Below are positions 39,800 to 54,159 of a DNA stretch of 64,000 nt, piece by piece (the stretch's first letter is position 1; each line of letters starts with the position of its first letter). The translations under genes and the position numbers were made by a program. Source of the DNA: Lama guanicoe (lineage: Eukaryota); assembly GCA_013239625.1 (NCBI GenBank), contig MU054166.1, forward strand, positions 281,035 to 345,034. The letters run 5' to 3'. The notes under the pieces are model-generated. The model had not been told where the DNA came from, searched no databases, and saw nothing but the letters and a program-made list of their open reading frames with translations.

Positions 39800-41820
39800 A
39801 TTTAGTCCTTTTTCCGCTGATAGCATCTTCCTTTATTATTGTTTTATTTTTACTCTTTGCCTTTTATGATTACTGACCCAAATTATTTCTATTTCTGTTG
39901 TGAACATGTTACCAGTTTGATGTACCTATATTTATTGCAAGTGAATTACTATTTTTCTCTCTTTAATTCATATAGAAGAGTAACATTTAAAAACATAACC
40001 AAAGAAACAGTTGCAACTTTCTCGTGGTCTCTGCTTAGTATTTTGTTCAATGTTTTGCGTTTATTTCCCATTTTATTTTTCTTAGAATAGCTCTTTTCTG
40101 AACCTCTTTTATGGTGTCTTGGTTTTGTTTTTTACATGTCATTCAGGTTTGTTTGTCTGTTAAAGTCTTTATTTTCACTTTACAACTAAGTGATAACTGT
40201 GCAAGGTATAGTATTCTTGGGTGAGAGATTTCTTATTTCAGTAGTTTGAAAATGTCATTTTATTTACCCTTGGCATATGTTTTCTGCTCAGCAATCTACT
40301 GATAACCTAATGGGGTTCCTATGTAGATTAACATAACTTGTTTTGGCTGCCTTTGTAATTTTACTCTGGCATTGACTTGCCAATTTTCAGATGACGTATC
40401 TTGAAGGAGGTCTCATTGTCCTAAAGTTATTGGTGTTTTGTTGGCTCACGGAATTGTATATCAGTTCCTTACCCAGGTTCAGGAAGTTATCAACTATTAC
40501 AACTTTAAATAAACCATCAGCTGCCTTCTAACTTCCTTCACCCCCTAGGATATCACTCTAATGGGCACTTCCTGAAGAAGTCTGAAGGCTATTGTAGAAT
40601 TTCCTCACTTTTTAATATCTTGCATCTCTGTCCTCTCCTATCATTTCTTGATTTGTATTGGTGAGTTTGCTAATCCCTGTTCCAAAAGACAGTCTTCTCC
40701 CAATGATTTCTGTTGCATTCTTCATCTCATTTATTAATTTCTCCTGGTCCTCCAATAATGTCTGGTTGTTTCATAGTTTCAGTATCTTAGGTAATATACC
40801 TTATCATTATTTATTTTATTCCTGAGCTCACTAAACTGCTTTCTGGGTTTTGTTTTCTGTATTGACTTTTTATATGACATCTCTTTGGATTCTTTATAAG
40901 TTATAAAGCAATATTCCATGACTTTAACTTTGTGTGCTGCAGGATTGGTATTGTGTGTGTGTGTGTGTGTGTGTGCGTGTGTGTGTGTGTGTTTGCCTGT
41001 GTGTGTGTTTTTCTGTGTCTGTGTCATTGTCTGTGTGTGTGTGTATCTGTGTGTGTGCATGCCCTATAATGTTACTGTGATTGGACATGATCCTGGTAAA
41101 TTATTGCTCTGATGACACTAAAAAACAGATTGCGATTTGGAGTCCTTGCTTTTGTTTTCTGGTAGTTTGCTATATTGCACAATTTTTGGTATTACTTACC
41201 TGAGCTACCTCTGATAATATTTCAAAATGGCACTTTCCAGTTGCTACTGTCTGGATAATAGTTTGCTTACATTGTCACTTCTTAGACAAATCTGGTAGTT
41301 AATGCTAATGTTGTCACTGGGCCAGTGATCCTTTCCTTTTATGATATACCTTAAGACTTAGTGCACACATTGAGGAAAGGTGTAAAGACAGGTTGGTAGT
41401 TGGAATCGGCCAAGTGCCTTTGCCATGTCCAATATTGCAAGGTACCTTGTCTCTACCACTGTGAATGGGAAGCAGGGAGAGTGTCATGAATGTCTGAGTG
41501 TCAAAAGGATGGAAATTCTGTCTGCATTTTGGCTCCCTCCTAGTTACCTTTGACCATGAATACTGGTGCAGTTGGAGGCTGAAGCTGTTTGAACCACTGA
41601 GACCATGTTTCTACTGGGTACTCTGAAACTCTGGGCTCAGATACCCTAGTGAGTGGGCCATGGTCGCAGGCACCAACTCAGCTTTTCCCTCATTTCAGCC
41701 ACCGTTATGTGTTTTAGCCCACCAAACTTCAGCTGTACACATGTGTCCTGGAGTATTGTTTTGTGTTGTAGTTATTTTTCTTGAGATGTGATCGTTTCAC
41801 TGTAGATTTAAGGGGAGAGA
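39800..41820 (-). mobile_element. Old LINE-1 fragment (paralog of 5200-7200)
   Basis: Colinear with unit 1. Confidence 0.6.
40952..41058 (+). repeat. (TG)n microsatellite
   Basis: Direct reading. Confidence 0.9.
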
Positions 41821-42089
41821 CAGAAATAGTTTAAACTTATGTCACTTTTTTCAAACTCTAAACTTTTTCATTTAAAAGCTTAAATTCTAATAAAGATATT
41901 ATAAGAACAGTAAAGAAAGTGAACTAATCACCTCCCTTCATATCAGAGTACTACAAAATATTTTGTTTTTCCTGGGTTCTTTTATTCAATATTTTTCCCA
42001 CATGCAAGCACATTTTAGTATAATATATGCCTATAATCTCTTTAAAATCATTTAAATTATTAAAATATTTCTCTGTGCTGGAAATATAA

Positions 42090-43610
42090 CCCTGTTGGCT
42101 CTCTAATTTACAACTAGTAGCTTACATATTTCTGTCTTCCCCATCCTTCTTCCCTGTCCCCAGTGGAAAACACTACTTGGTACACTACACATATTTATGT
42201 GATTCTGTTTCTGTTTTTTTATAATTATTTCTCTTATACATTTAGTTTTCTCATGAAAGTGGTAATGTAGAGTGTTTTTCTCTGTATGACTTATTTTGCT
42301 ATGTGCATCACTATCTGGGTCCAGTCACATTGTTCCAAAGGGCAGAAATTTATTTTTTGATATGAAAATGACTAAGTATTTATTATGTTATCTATATCTC
42401 ACATCTACTTCAGCCAATCATCTGTTTATGGGCAGTTGATTTGTGCTTCTATCCTTAGCTATTATAAATGATGATGTTAAGAATATTGGGGGTAATATAT
42501 CCTTTAAGGCTAATGTTTTCTTTTTTTCAGATTTATAACAAAAACTGGAATTGCTGGAACATATAATGTTTCTATTTCTAGTTTTCTTAACACTGTAAAC
42601 ACTTTTATAACAGTGGATGCATAAATTTATATTTCCACCAACAGTGTAGTTGGGTTCCCTTTTATCAACATTCTTATTAATGTTTGTTATTTGAAGACAT
42701 TTTTAATAGCCATTTTGGTTGCTGTTTAATTATATGTCATTCTGGTTTTGATTTATGTTTTCCTAATGAATAGCAACGTTATAATTCTTTTTATGTGCAT
42801 GAAAACCATCCACATGTCTGTTTTTAAAAAGTTTCCATGAGGATCCTTCAACTGTTTTAAGTTGGGGTCTTTGTTTGTTTAAATAATGAGTCTAATATGC
42901 TATATATACATTATGGATATTAATACCTTATTGGTTTCATAGTTTGAAACTCTTCCTTCTATTCTATGTGTTGTCATAAGTTTTGCTGAAGGTTTCCTTT
43001 GCTCTGAAAATGGTTTTGCATTTCACACTTATACAAGAAGTGGAATCACTGTATCACATAATACAACAATTTTTCCCTCAGTATAATTAAAAACTGTTAT
43101 TGTTACTTTTCCTATTTTTTTTTACTTAGGAGATACATCAAAAATAAATATTGCTATGATTTATTACAAAGGCAGTTCTGCTCCTTTTCTTGTTCAGAAA
43201 TTGTATAGTTTCAGGTTTTACATTTAGGAAATTAATCCATTTTTATTTTATTTTGTATACTATGGAAGGAAGTGCTCTTACATCTAACATTTACATGTAA
43301 TTTCCAGTTTTCCCAGAACTACTTGTTGAACAGACTGCCTTTTTTTCCATTGTATACTCTTGCCTGATGCATTGTAGACTAATTGACCATATGTGAATGT
43401 GTTTATTTTAGGACTCTTTATTTTGTTACATTGATCTATGTGACTCTTTTAGTGATATATTTTGATGTTTTGATTACAGTAACTTTGTAGTATGTTCTAA
43501 AGTCAGGGAGTAAAATACCCACAGCTTTGTTCATTTTTCAAAGAAAATTTTAGAAAATTTGGGTCTTTCAGAATTTAGTATAAATTTTATCATTTTTCTC
43601 CTTGTTTTGT
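42090..43610 (-). mobile_element. LINE-1 3' portion (paralog of 7480-8990)
   Basis: Colinear with unit 1. Confidence 0.8.
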
Positions 43611-43629
43611 GAAGAAACATATGGATTCT

Positions 43630-46600
43630 GGTAGAATACAAATTTACTAAAAGTAGAAAACCTGAGAAAAATTGTAAACTGTGGAGGATAAATCATGGAA
43701 TATTAAACAATAAATGGATTGATGCATTAATCAAAGAAAAAATACATAAAGAAATATAACAACAAAAATAAAGTCCATGTGATATAACAAAAACAGTATT
43801 AATAGGAATGCTTATAGCAAAACAATCCCACTTACACAAATAAGAAGAATCTCTCTCATAACATAATCTTACAAACAAAAACATAGCAAAATAATAAACA
43901 AAATTGCTAGTACAAAGCAAGAGAGCTGAATGGTCGGAACATCAATATATAAAATAAAGGTTAAAAATAGAAGCATCTAATCAAACTACATAATGGCTTT
44001 TGAAAGATAAATAAAACTGATAATCTTTAATGAGACTCATGAGCAAAATAGAGAGTAAAGAATAAAAATCTCTAAAATAAATGAGAGTTTCAGCTTATAT
44101 CAAAATAACACAAAGCATCATAAGATGATACAACAAATTATATGCCAATTAAAAGGGAAACCCTAGAATAAATGGACAATTTCTTAGAAAGACCTAATCT
44201 CCAGGATGGAATGAGTAATAGAAAATATTAACAGACCATCACTAATGAAATTGAATAAGTAATTAAACAAAATCTCCCAAGAAACAAAATTCCAGGCCTA
44301 GAGAGCTTCACGGGTGATTTCTGTCAAACATTTAGAGAAGAGCTATCACCAATACTTCCCACAGAATTCCAAAAATTTGCAGAGGAAGGAAGGCTTCCTA
44401 GCCCACATTTTTGTTTCACACTACTACTATAACAGGAACAAATATCTCATAAAATTACAGGTTAAATACTACTGATAAGCATAGATGCAAAAATCATCAC
44501 TAAATTGTTAGGAATGCAAACGAAATATTAAAAGAATTATGCAGTATGATTAAGTCCCTTTTATTCCAGGGATGCAAAAGTGATTCATTACCCTCAAATT
44601 AATCAATATGATACACCAAACTAACAAATTGAAAAATAAAAATTATATTGTCATCTCAAAAGATTCATAAAAAGTTTTGACAATTTCAGTATCTATTTAT
44701 GATTAAATTTCTCCTCAAATTGGGCATGAGGAAACATACCTCAATACAGTTAAGGTCTTATATGACAAGAACTCAGCTAACAAGGCACTCACTGACTGAA
44801 GACCTGAAAGCATCTCCTGTAAGAGCAGGAAGAAGACAAGAATGCTCACTCTTACCACTGTTATTCAGTATAGTAATAGAAATTCCAGCCATAGCTATCC
44901 AAAATAAAAGTAAATAAAATATAGCTACTTCAGAAAAGGAGAAAAAGTATCTGGTTGCAGATGAAATACTTTAAACAGAAATCCTAAAGAAGACGCCACA
45001 AAACTACTAGGGCTTATCAATGAATTTGGTAAAATTTCAAAATGTAAAATTAACATACAGAAATCTTGCATTTATACACACTAACAACAAGCTAACAGGT
45101 AGAGGAAGTGAGGTAACTGTCTCACTTAAAGTTGCTTTACAAAAACAATAAATCAAGAAATGTATCCAAACAAGGAGTTAAAAGAAGTTTACTCAGAAAA
45201 CTATAAAATATTTATAACAGAAATTAAAGATAATGCAAACAGATGAAAGGATATACTGTGTTAATATATTAGGAAAAAAATATTGTTTAAATGACAGTAC
45301 TAGCCAAGAAAATACACAAATTATATTCAGTGCCTATTAAAATACAAAGTGCATTTTCAGACACATACAAAAATAATTCTTAAATGTTCATGTAAACACA
45401 AAAGAGTTGAAATCACTAGAAAAGAAAAGAAAAGAAAAGAAAAGAAAAGAAACAAATTAAAAACACAAACAACTTTGAGAAAGAGCAAAGAGGAAGTAAC
45501 ACTGTCCCTGATTATAAAATATAATACAAACTTACAGAAATGAATATGGAAGTGGCACAGAACAAACAGAATATTGGAACACAACAGAATGCCTAAGAAT
45601 GAAATCAGACAGTTATGGTCATTTAGCCCATTACAAAAATATGAATATACATTGGGGGAAAGGTAATCAACAGGCATATGAAAATGGTCAACATCACCAA
45701 CAATCAGAAAAATGCAAGTCCAAAACCCAATGAGATTTTATGTCACTACTGTCAGAATGACAATGATCAAAAAGATAACAAATATAAATATTGGTGAGGA
45801 TATAAGAAAAAGTACCCTCATGCAAGACTTGAGTGAATGTAAATTTGTACTGTCACTGTGGAAGACATTCTGGAGTTTTCTCTAAAAATTAAAAATGAAA
45901 TATTATCCAACATTTCCATATCTGGATACTTATTCCAAGAAAATAAAGGCACAAATCAGAAAAGATAAATTCAAACCTATATTCACTGCGGCATTATTTA
46001 CAATAGCCAGGATATAGAAGAAAATTCATTGCTCATCAATAAATGATGGATAAAGAAAATGTCTGTTTATAGTATAAAAATCTAACCATCTATTAACTAA
46101 AGATTTATCTATATTTGAATATATATACATACACACTAAATATATATATATTTATGCACACTATATATATATGCACACACATGCATAAAATTTCAATGGG
46201 TTATTACTCAGTTCTAAAAAGTATAAGTTCTTGTCATTAGCCAAAAATGGGTAGACCAAGAGGGTAATATACTTAGTGAAATAAGTCACACATATAATGA
46301 CAAATCCTAAATTATTTTGCTCATATTTGTATTTTGATACAAATTAACATAACAAAACACAAAAGAGTTATAGATAGAGAAAGAAATAGTTTGTTCACAA
46401 GAAGGAGGGAAATGTGATGAAGAAAAAGAAAAAGTACAGGATAATTAAGAGAGAAAATTTTCCAGTTGCAAATTAAATGAGTCAGGAACAAGAAATGTAC
46501 TGTATGGGGAATAGTCATTAACTGTGAAATATTTTTAAATAGCAACATATCATAACTAGGTTTATTCTTGTGACCAGTTTGAAATGTATTAAAGTTTGCA

Positions 46601-47052
46601 AACATTATATTATGTAAGAGAAACTAACACAGTGTTATACATTAAAGTACACTTCAAAAACAAACAAACATACTTATAGAATAAAACAGATTTGTAGTTA
46701 ACAGAGGCAGGTGTTGGGAAAGGAGAATTAGATTAATGAACTCGAAAATTACAAACCTCCAGATATTAAATAAATGTGTTCAAGGGATGCTATGTATTAA
46801 CATGATAAATGCAATTATACTGCTTTATGTTATATATGAATGTTGTTAAGAGAGTAGACCCTAAGATTTCTCAACACAAATTAAAGGCAAATTGTATTTC
46901 TTTAATACTGTATCTAAATGAGATAATGAATTCTCCATAAAGTTGCTATAATATTTACTTCAAGATACATATGACTCAAATATCTACCCTTTGCTCCTAA
47001 ACTTACACAACGTCTTATGCCATTTATATCTCAATAAAAGCAGAAGGAAAAA
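43630..47052 (+). mobile_element. Decayed LINE-1 ORF2 and 3'UTR (paralog of 9010-12420)
   Basis: ORF fragment RAGRRQECSLLPLLFSIVIEIPAIAI (RT); colinear with unit 1. Confidence 0.82.
45419..45452 (+). repeat. (AAAAG)n repeat
   Basis: Direct reading. Confidence 0.85.
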
Positions 47053-47314
47053 TGGAAACTCAATGATCATTGTTTCCCATGTCATTTCTCATGATTGTTT
47101 TTGCAGCAGGTAATCTTGAGTAATGATAAACTTATCCTAGATAAAGATACAAATAAATAAGTGATTCTAATAAATTATACATAAAGATACTAATATAATT
47201 AGTGTTTTGCCATGCCTTAAACTTTCTTCAAGATAACAGACCACTGATTCTGTAGGCATCAAAATTTCACTCTGTGTATTCATCTGAGATTAGGGAATGG
47301 ATACAAAAGTTAAC

Positions 47315-47456
47315 CATGGCTGCTTTTCTGTGAGTGATAATGTTTTCTGTCTCTGAACAATTGTCTCTTCTCCCCAAAAGCATCAGTAAGAAGGATCATG
47401 CTTGGTTGCAAAAATCTCAGCATGGTAAAACCTCAGAACCCCTACAATTCTTAAGT
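47315..47456 (+). mobile_element. Possible LTR remnant (paralog of 12680-12826)
   Basis: Colinear with unit 1; family unassigned. Confidence 0.33.
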
Positions 47457-50300
47457 GTTTTGCAATTGGAATGCAATACTGACAAAGACTTGATTTTGGA
47501 AAACAATATGGTGTTTTCTTATGGTTGCATTAGGGTATGTGAGGATAATCCATGAGATCCACAACAAACATCCTCGTGCAAGAACTGTAAAAGTTCTGCA
47601 TTATTAGGACTGAGGACTGTTTTCAAAATAATGACTATGCTCAATGTATTTCAGGTAGTCCAACGAAAGACAGGTTATTGATATTTGTAGTTGAACGGGA
47701 ATACATCAGCAGTTCAGTCTCTATATATTAGTCAACGGGTGTTCAAAGCCAAAATAAGTTGTGTCAACAATGAGAAATAAAAGAAAAATAATTTTGGAAA
47801 TAAGCTTAAATTAAAGAGGAGATACAATCCTGTGCTGGGCTCTGGGGATTGGAGACTGTATATGCCTCAGTTCAATTCAAGTGTTCAGTGGCTTGGCCCT
47901 AGCATTACCTCGGGATTCAATGAACAGGTAACAATTAGTATACTGGGAGAAATATAAACTACCTCTCCCTGATCGGAAGAATATCTGGTGGCTCTATGAA
48001 ACTCTTAATTCACACAGATTCTGGAAGATGCAAAAGAATAATTCACTGATGACTCAACTAAGAAAAACTTAGTTTTTGCTTAAAAATGCATCTTCACACA
48101 CACACACAATGGTAGACTGATTTGTAGTATTTAGTGGGAATAATTCAGTGGGCAGAGCTCAGAGAATAATATTCAAAGCACCAGATAACTTTTGTACTTT
48201 TGCCAATATTCTAGTTTTCCCAGGTAGAAAACCACAAGTGGACAAACAAACAATATTCTTCTTTAGGATTTCTAATTTTGAAAGTAAACTGTAGTTTTGA
48301 CTTATCAGTATAGAACCTTGTTAAGATGATCACGGTAAGACCCACTATCTGATAAGGGAGCTGGAAAATAGCTGCTGAACCAGATCATCTGAACCCCAGA
48401 CTGCTAATATAAGCATCAACATAGCCACCATCAGTGTTGAGCTGACAAACTTTAAAAATTGATGTTTCTGTTATAGGAACAACCACTGCTGCCCAGAAAA
48501 AGATCTCCAACAGCAAGTGGGCTCTTTTCTTCTCTTGGTAAAAGTCTTATTGGTGGGAAGTTACTAGAGCTTACCCTGGCCGTTTGCCCATTCTCCAGAT
48601 TATCAAAGGCTTTCTTCAGAAATGGTGACACATTATCCGGACTCAATATTGCCATTCCAGTCTTATCAGCTGACACTGGCTGCATCATTGTGAACAGAAG
48701 ACTTAGGCTCCCTGAACTTGCCTACAATTTTTCCAGCATTTCAGGGACTTTCACATTCTGAAAATGCTTCAAATTTTATTTAAATAGATGGGAAATAGTC
48801 AAAGTTTTCCATGAATATTTTATATTTCCTAATATCTGCAGAAATTTGGTATTCTTGCAGTTGGACAAATTTTAATTTCTACCACCCTCACCTCTTTTTA
48901 GTCCACACAATTCAGATTGCAATTTAGTTACTGAATACGACCACCCCAACCAAGGGTCTAGTACCTCTTTGATACTACCTTTGTGAAGGTTAGAAGGGGC
49001 CCAAGTTATGTGGGGTGTATAAACCTATATTAAATGTTTGCAATGGCACTTTCTCTTCTGGATAAAGCTCTGATTCTAAGAAGTCAATTAATTAGAAAGC
49101 AGTATAGTTACTGTTAAGGGGAAGAGAATCAGCTATTTTGGGGTGGGTGGGTGATGAAGAGACAGGAAAATATCCAGGAAGTGAGAATGGAATGCTTTAG
49201 GCCTCTGGAGGCATGAACTAAGAAGAAAATAATAATTTGTCTACTGTAACTACCTCCAATTACAGTGTTGAGTGACTAGTCCTTGGGCTACAAAAAGAGC
49301 TAGTTTGTGGTGAAGAGTAAAGACCATAATGAAACAGTTTGTAAATCATGAGAGTTTTGTTGTTTCAGGAAAGTAGATTTTGCTTAAAGTCAACATGTAT
49401 TTTTCATTCACTAAATAATAAAATGCATCCTATGGCAGGCACTGTGCTTGCTGTGCTTGTATCCAAGATAGACAAGGACAGGGGGATAGGCAGAAAATAT
49501 CTGGAGGAGGTGATTTCTGTGCTGAGACTGAGAAAAATCTAAATAGGTAAAAGGAGGACATCCTACGTCCAAGGATGAGCTGGAGCAAAAGTTTTGAGGT
49601 TGAATTTAATATGGTTGATAAGCATTTTCCTGGATGTATCTCCAGAAACAGTGAAACATAATGATATGCCAAATTAGTCAGATGCCAGATCTATAATGAA
49701 ATGGCTAAACTATGTTGAGTTTGTGGGCTTAGATTTGGTAAGTCATTAAATGCCACCCTGTGGATGTAAGCTTGTCTTTGGCTGGAACATAAAAGAAACA
49801 TAAAATATTTATTTGAAAATATAGTGTAGACTCTTGAGTGGAGGAAAGGAAACACCAATTGGAATGCTTTGAAAACAGCACAAAGAAGACTATAGATAAA
49901 ATTACTTCTAAAATTTACCACATGCTGAATGTGCCATCTGAGACTACATCATGTGACTTTTATGATACCAGGGATGATATAATAGAGACCATGATCCCTG
50001 GGCTGGTTCCTGCATTTATATCCTGTTCCAACATATCCAAAATTAACACTTTTAATACTTTCCAGGATGAATCAGAAAACAATAAGTAGTTTTCCCTCTC
50101 TCCATATTTTAGACTTTTTTCCAAATTATTCCATTTTGTCTTATTCCTCACAGAAATTATTTAAATTTACACCCATATTATTCCACCAAATGGTCATATC
50201 AATCAAATATCTCTTTTTTTCTTTAAATGGTAACTTAGACTCCCATTTAACCCTTTACTCTATTTTAAATAAAAAAGGATATTAAAGGTACACGTCTATG

Positions 50301-50306
50301 TTTATT
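50301..50306 (-). terminator. Polyadenylation signal AATAAA of HSFY copy 2
   Basis: tttatt ~94 bp past the native stop. Confidence 0.65.
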
Positions 50307-50399
50307 GTTCAAATAAGAAAATTGCAGATATTTGTCGACATTTACCATCATCAATTTTAATATTTCTTATCTTGCATAATCTGGTAATCCTCTGGTAGA

Positions 50400-52075
50400 T
50401 CAGTTGCAATTAGGATGACGTTCATAAACTGAAGATGGCTGATGAGTTGGCTTTGAAAGAGAAGTAGCTGATGTATCAGCAATCACTGTCACTGGAATCC
50501 GTGGGTTTCTCCCTCATTGAAGTTCACATAAACGACCTTCATTGGCAGAAATGTTGTGACATATATTTGGAAAAGTAGAAGGCTCCACCATCAGTCCAAA
50601 ATAATTGCTCTGTAAGGGAGACAAGCTGCTGTACTGAGAAGTACAAGTTGTAGTTGTAATGAAGTTCACAACATGGCCATTTGCTTCAGTGTAGCTGCTT
50701 TGAGAGTGCCCATGGACAGTGGTCAACTGATTTAAAATAGCACATTGATTCACTGCAATTTGTTCTGGTGGTCTAACTGACATTGATGATGGAGGAGAAA
50801 AATCACCTCTGATCGGGGTATTTGTATCACCAATTACGTGGCCAGTAGAGGGCTTTCTTATTAGAGCCATGTTTAAATTTGGAGAAGGTAAAAATGCACT
50901 TTCTCCACTAGTGTAAGTCACAAAATCAGAATTATGTTTACCAAAATTACCTCCTCCTTTAAAGTGCTTCTTGTTGAAATCTTGAGACAATAAAGATACC
51001 AGAGAGGCATTTTTAATCGCAACTCTTCTTTTTATTCTAACTAAAAGCTGGGGACAGCCTCGTTTAAAACTTGGATTATGGTAGAACTGCAGCTACAATA
51101 AAATGAGAAAGATTTTAGTAATAATTTAAACCAAAATAAAAGACTACAATAAGCTTATCTTCTAAAACCTCAGATTTCACGTTTACTATGCAAAGATAAT
51201 ATCATCAAAATATGAACAATGCTCACGATATTTTAAAGTTCCTTATTTGGAAAATACATATTTAAATAGCATAGTCATCAAATTTAAAAATTTAACATTT
51301 GCAGTAACGATGAATGTCACTTTTGAAATGCAGCTTTAATACATTTATTTAGATTTCTGATAAGATTCATAGTTGCAAGGAAAGTTTCTCACTATCTTAA
51401 TAGATAAGGCACTGTCCTCATTTTTAGAAAAAATAAAGAATTTTAGCTTTGTAGTTTTATACAATTTTCAAAATCTAGCTTTACATTTATATTACCATAG
51501 ATTGAAGTACAATATAAAATTTTGTACATGAGTTACCATGTCGTTACTAAAATTTGTGTATACCTTGCTTAAAACAGAGACTTCTTTTTTTCTGCCAGAA
51601 AGTCTGCTAGAAATACAGATTTTTGAAAATTCTGCCGCACTTTACTGAACCCATAAAGGTTAAGCTGTCTAACTAAACTTTTCATACTTCCAGTTTGAAA
51701 TATTCTGAAAGGGGCCTTTCTTTCCAAAACTTCCTTCTTAAAGACATCTTCATCAATCACTATGGAAGTTCTATTATCATCCCACCAGATGGATTTAAAT
51801 TGGTCACTCCCAAACATTTTCCAGAGTTTTCTTGGAAATATCAGAGAACGAAATTCATTATCTTCCTCTGGTTCAGAGATACAATGTGTGTAACATGGTG
51901 TTTTTACCAAGGATTCTTCAGACAAAGTCTGAAAAGCATTTTCTTCAATAATAGACCTCAAGTCCAAGTCCCCAGAGAATGTTTGATCACACAATAGAGA
52001 TCTACCGGAGTTTCCTAAACCAGTTGGTCCATCTTTATGAGACACATCTTGAATTTTTGAAGAAATATGTGCCAT
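50400..52075 (-). pseudogene. HSFY: HSFY copy 2, near-intact pseudogene (exon 1 52075-51564, 471-bp intron 51563-51093, exon 2 51092-50400)
   Basis: Exon 1 reads MAHISSKIQDVS...FPRKLWKM...SLVRQLNLYGFSKV. Exon 2 reads LQFYHNPSFKRGCPQLLVRIKRR...YERHPNCN*. A 1-bp deletion creates an A7 run (51585-51591) and TAA at 51569-51571. In-frame TGA at 50514-50516. Confidence 0.95.
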
Positions 52076-52207
52076 CTCAAATAACTTTTTCTACAGTTAC
52101 TTTTCTAATCTGCATGATTTTGAGCATGGCAGCTTAAAATGCTGCTTTGACAGGCCTACACAGTTAAACTGTTAGGCCATCAAAGTGGTTCTCAACCTGA
52201 GTGGCTG

Positions 52208-52215
52208 TGACATCA
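52208..52215. promoter_or_regulatory. CRE-like motif TGACATCA upstream of HSFY copy 2
   Basis: One mismatch from TGACGTCA, ~133 bp upstream of the ATG. Confidence 0.38.
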
Positions 52216-53389
52216 CAAAATGACAGGTCTCCTAGCAACCCAAGTGTAACATTCAGCCAGTGTTTCTTTCTCATTCATCCAGTTAAAATGAAATATATAG
52301 GATGATTATTTTTATAGTGTGATGTGCAAATATTTTCCCCACAAAATCTTTTTAAATAATTTAATTTTGGGGTTTATTAGATAAAAACAATCTCCTTCCT
52401 TTTGTACATAAATTTAAACCAGATTGGTGAACAGAGTATAAATATGACCAAAATAAATAAAGTAATTTTAAAATTTTGGGATTTAAAGTGAAATTTGTGT
52501 AAAACCTTTACAGAAAAGTTATAAAAATTTCATTATCATTTGTTATTAAAGTGAAAGAAAATTTTATTTGTAAACGGAAGTAGTTATTTCTCTGTGTACT
52601 TTACAATAAGTAGCTCTATATTCAAAACATCAGCAGAATAAATATCAGTTTATTTGGTATGTTTATAAATAAATGGTAAATAATTATGAATTAAAATTAG
52701 ATTAAAATAATCAATCAAATTTAGGAAATCCCCAAGGGGGGAAATTTGGTTTTAAATTTTAATTCAGTGCTATAAGTAAAACAAATGTAATTTAATATTC
52801 TTCTTTAAAATTACACAAGAGAAAATCTTATTGTACACTTACAAATGTTTATTTTTGCCATTCTTTCACTCAGAGGTTTTTCAGTCCCAAGAAGGAATAA
52901 ATTTTCTTGTCATTTTTATAATCCATACTCTTGTGTCTTCTGTTAAGTGTTTCAAAATGATGTTGATAAATACAGTTATGCACAAGGTACTGGGTTCTAT
53001 AAGCAGTGACTCCATTTAGGAGCAAACAAACAATCAAAAAACAAAGAAATAACATTGTATGTGGGTTGGGGTGGAAAAGACCACGTAATGCATTTTAGGA
53101 AGCCATATGTTTCCCAGTCCTGAAACAGTTGGCATTGTTAGTATAATACGGCAATTTAAGGCAAGTGTTTTGGTCACTAATCGTAAATAATAGCTATGTT
53201 CTGTATCAGTAAACTGTAGTAAATCCAGTTCTATCAAAAGTTATATTCTTTGTTTAGAAATAAATTCAATTAAACATAAGCCAATTAAAAATGAGTGATA
53301 ATTTTTCAAATAAATAAATGTACACTCAAGCTACAATGTAAATTTTTCCTTCAGTATGTGTATATTCCATTCTAAATAAATATTAGCAA

Positions 53390-54140
53390 CCTAAATTCAT
53401 TGCATACTATAAGTATTATAAACTATAATTAAGTATGATTTAGTCCTGATTCACAAATATTATTTAACATACACAAATCAATAAATGTGATACCATCCCT
53501 TAAAAACAGAGAAGTCAAAAGTGACAATCTCAAAAATTGTATGAAAATTATTGACAGAACGGATCTTAACTTTTGTATACAAAAAATTCTTAACAAATTC
53601 TCTCTAGATAGAATATAACTAAAGATAAAAATAGCCATATATCAAAAACCCATGACTAACATCAAGTTCAATGTTAACATAAAGAAAGGTTTTCCTCTAG
53701 TACAGTAATACGAAAAAGTAGCTCATACTCACAAGTCCTAAATTACACTACTAGAAGTCCTAGCCTGAAAAACTACTCAAGAAAAAGTATAAAGGACATC
53801 CATCTTGTAAACAAGCAGTACAATTTTTACAGATGACATAATTACACATAGATGGAAACTCCATTGTCACCTCCAGTGACTGTTAGAAATAGTCCACAAA
53901 CTTAGTAAACTTGCAGAATACAAAATCAATATACAAGTATCTGTTCCATTTTTATATACTAACAACAAATTATCAGAAAGAGAAATTGGAAAACAATTGT
54001 GTGTACACTTATACCAAAAAGAATAAAATATAAATAAAACTTATAAGTGAAATAAAAGATTTAACATAGATCTATAAATTAAAGGTGCAAGAAATATATG
54101 TAAACAAAATAAATAAAAGATATTCTGTGCTCATAGATTG
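53390..54140 (+). mobile_element. Old LINE-1 RT fragment (paralog of 18760-19510)
   Basis: Colinear with unit 1. Confidence 0.75.
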
Positions 54141-54159
54141 TATACAATGTGAGGAAATA

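Noticed and set aside
48452..48688. 78-aa ORF with an LKKAFD motif resembling a LINE RT motif
   Set aside because: The paralogous frame in unit 1 stops after 42 codons and no other RT motifs are nearby. Kept only as part of the unexplained-island finding.
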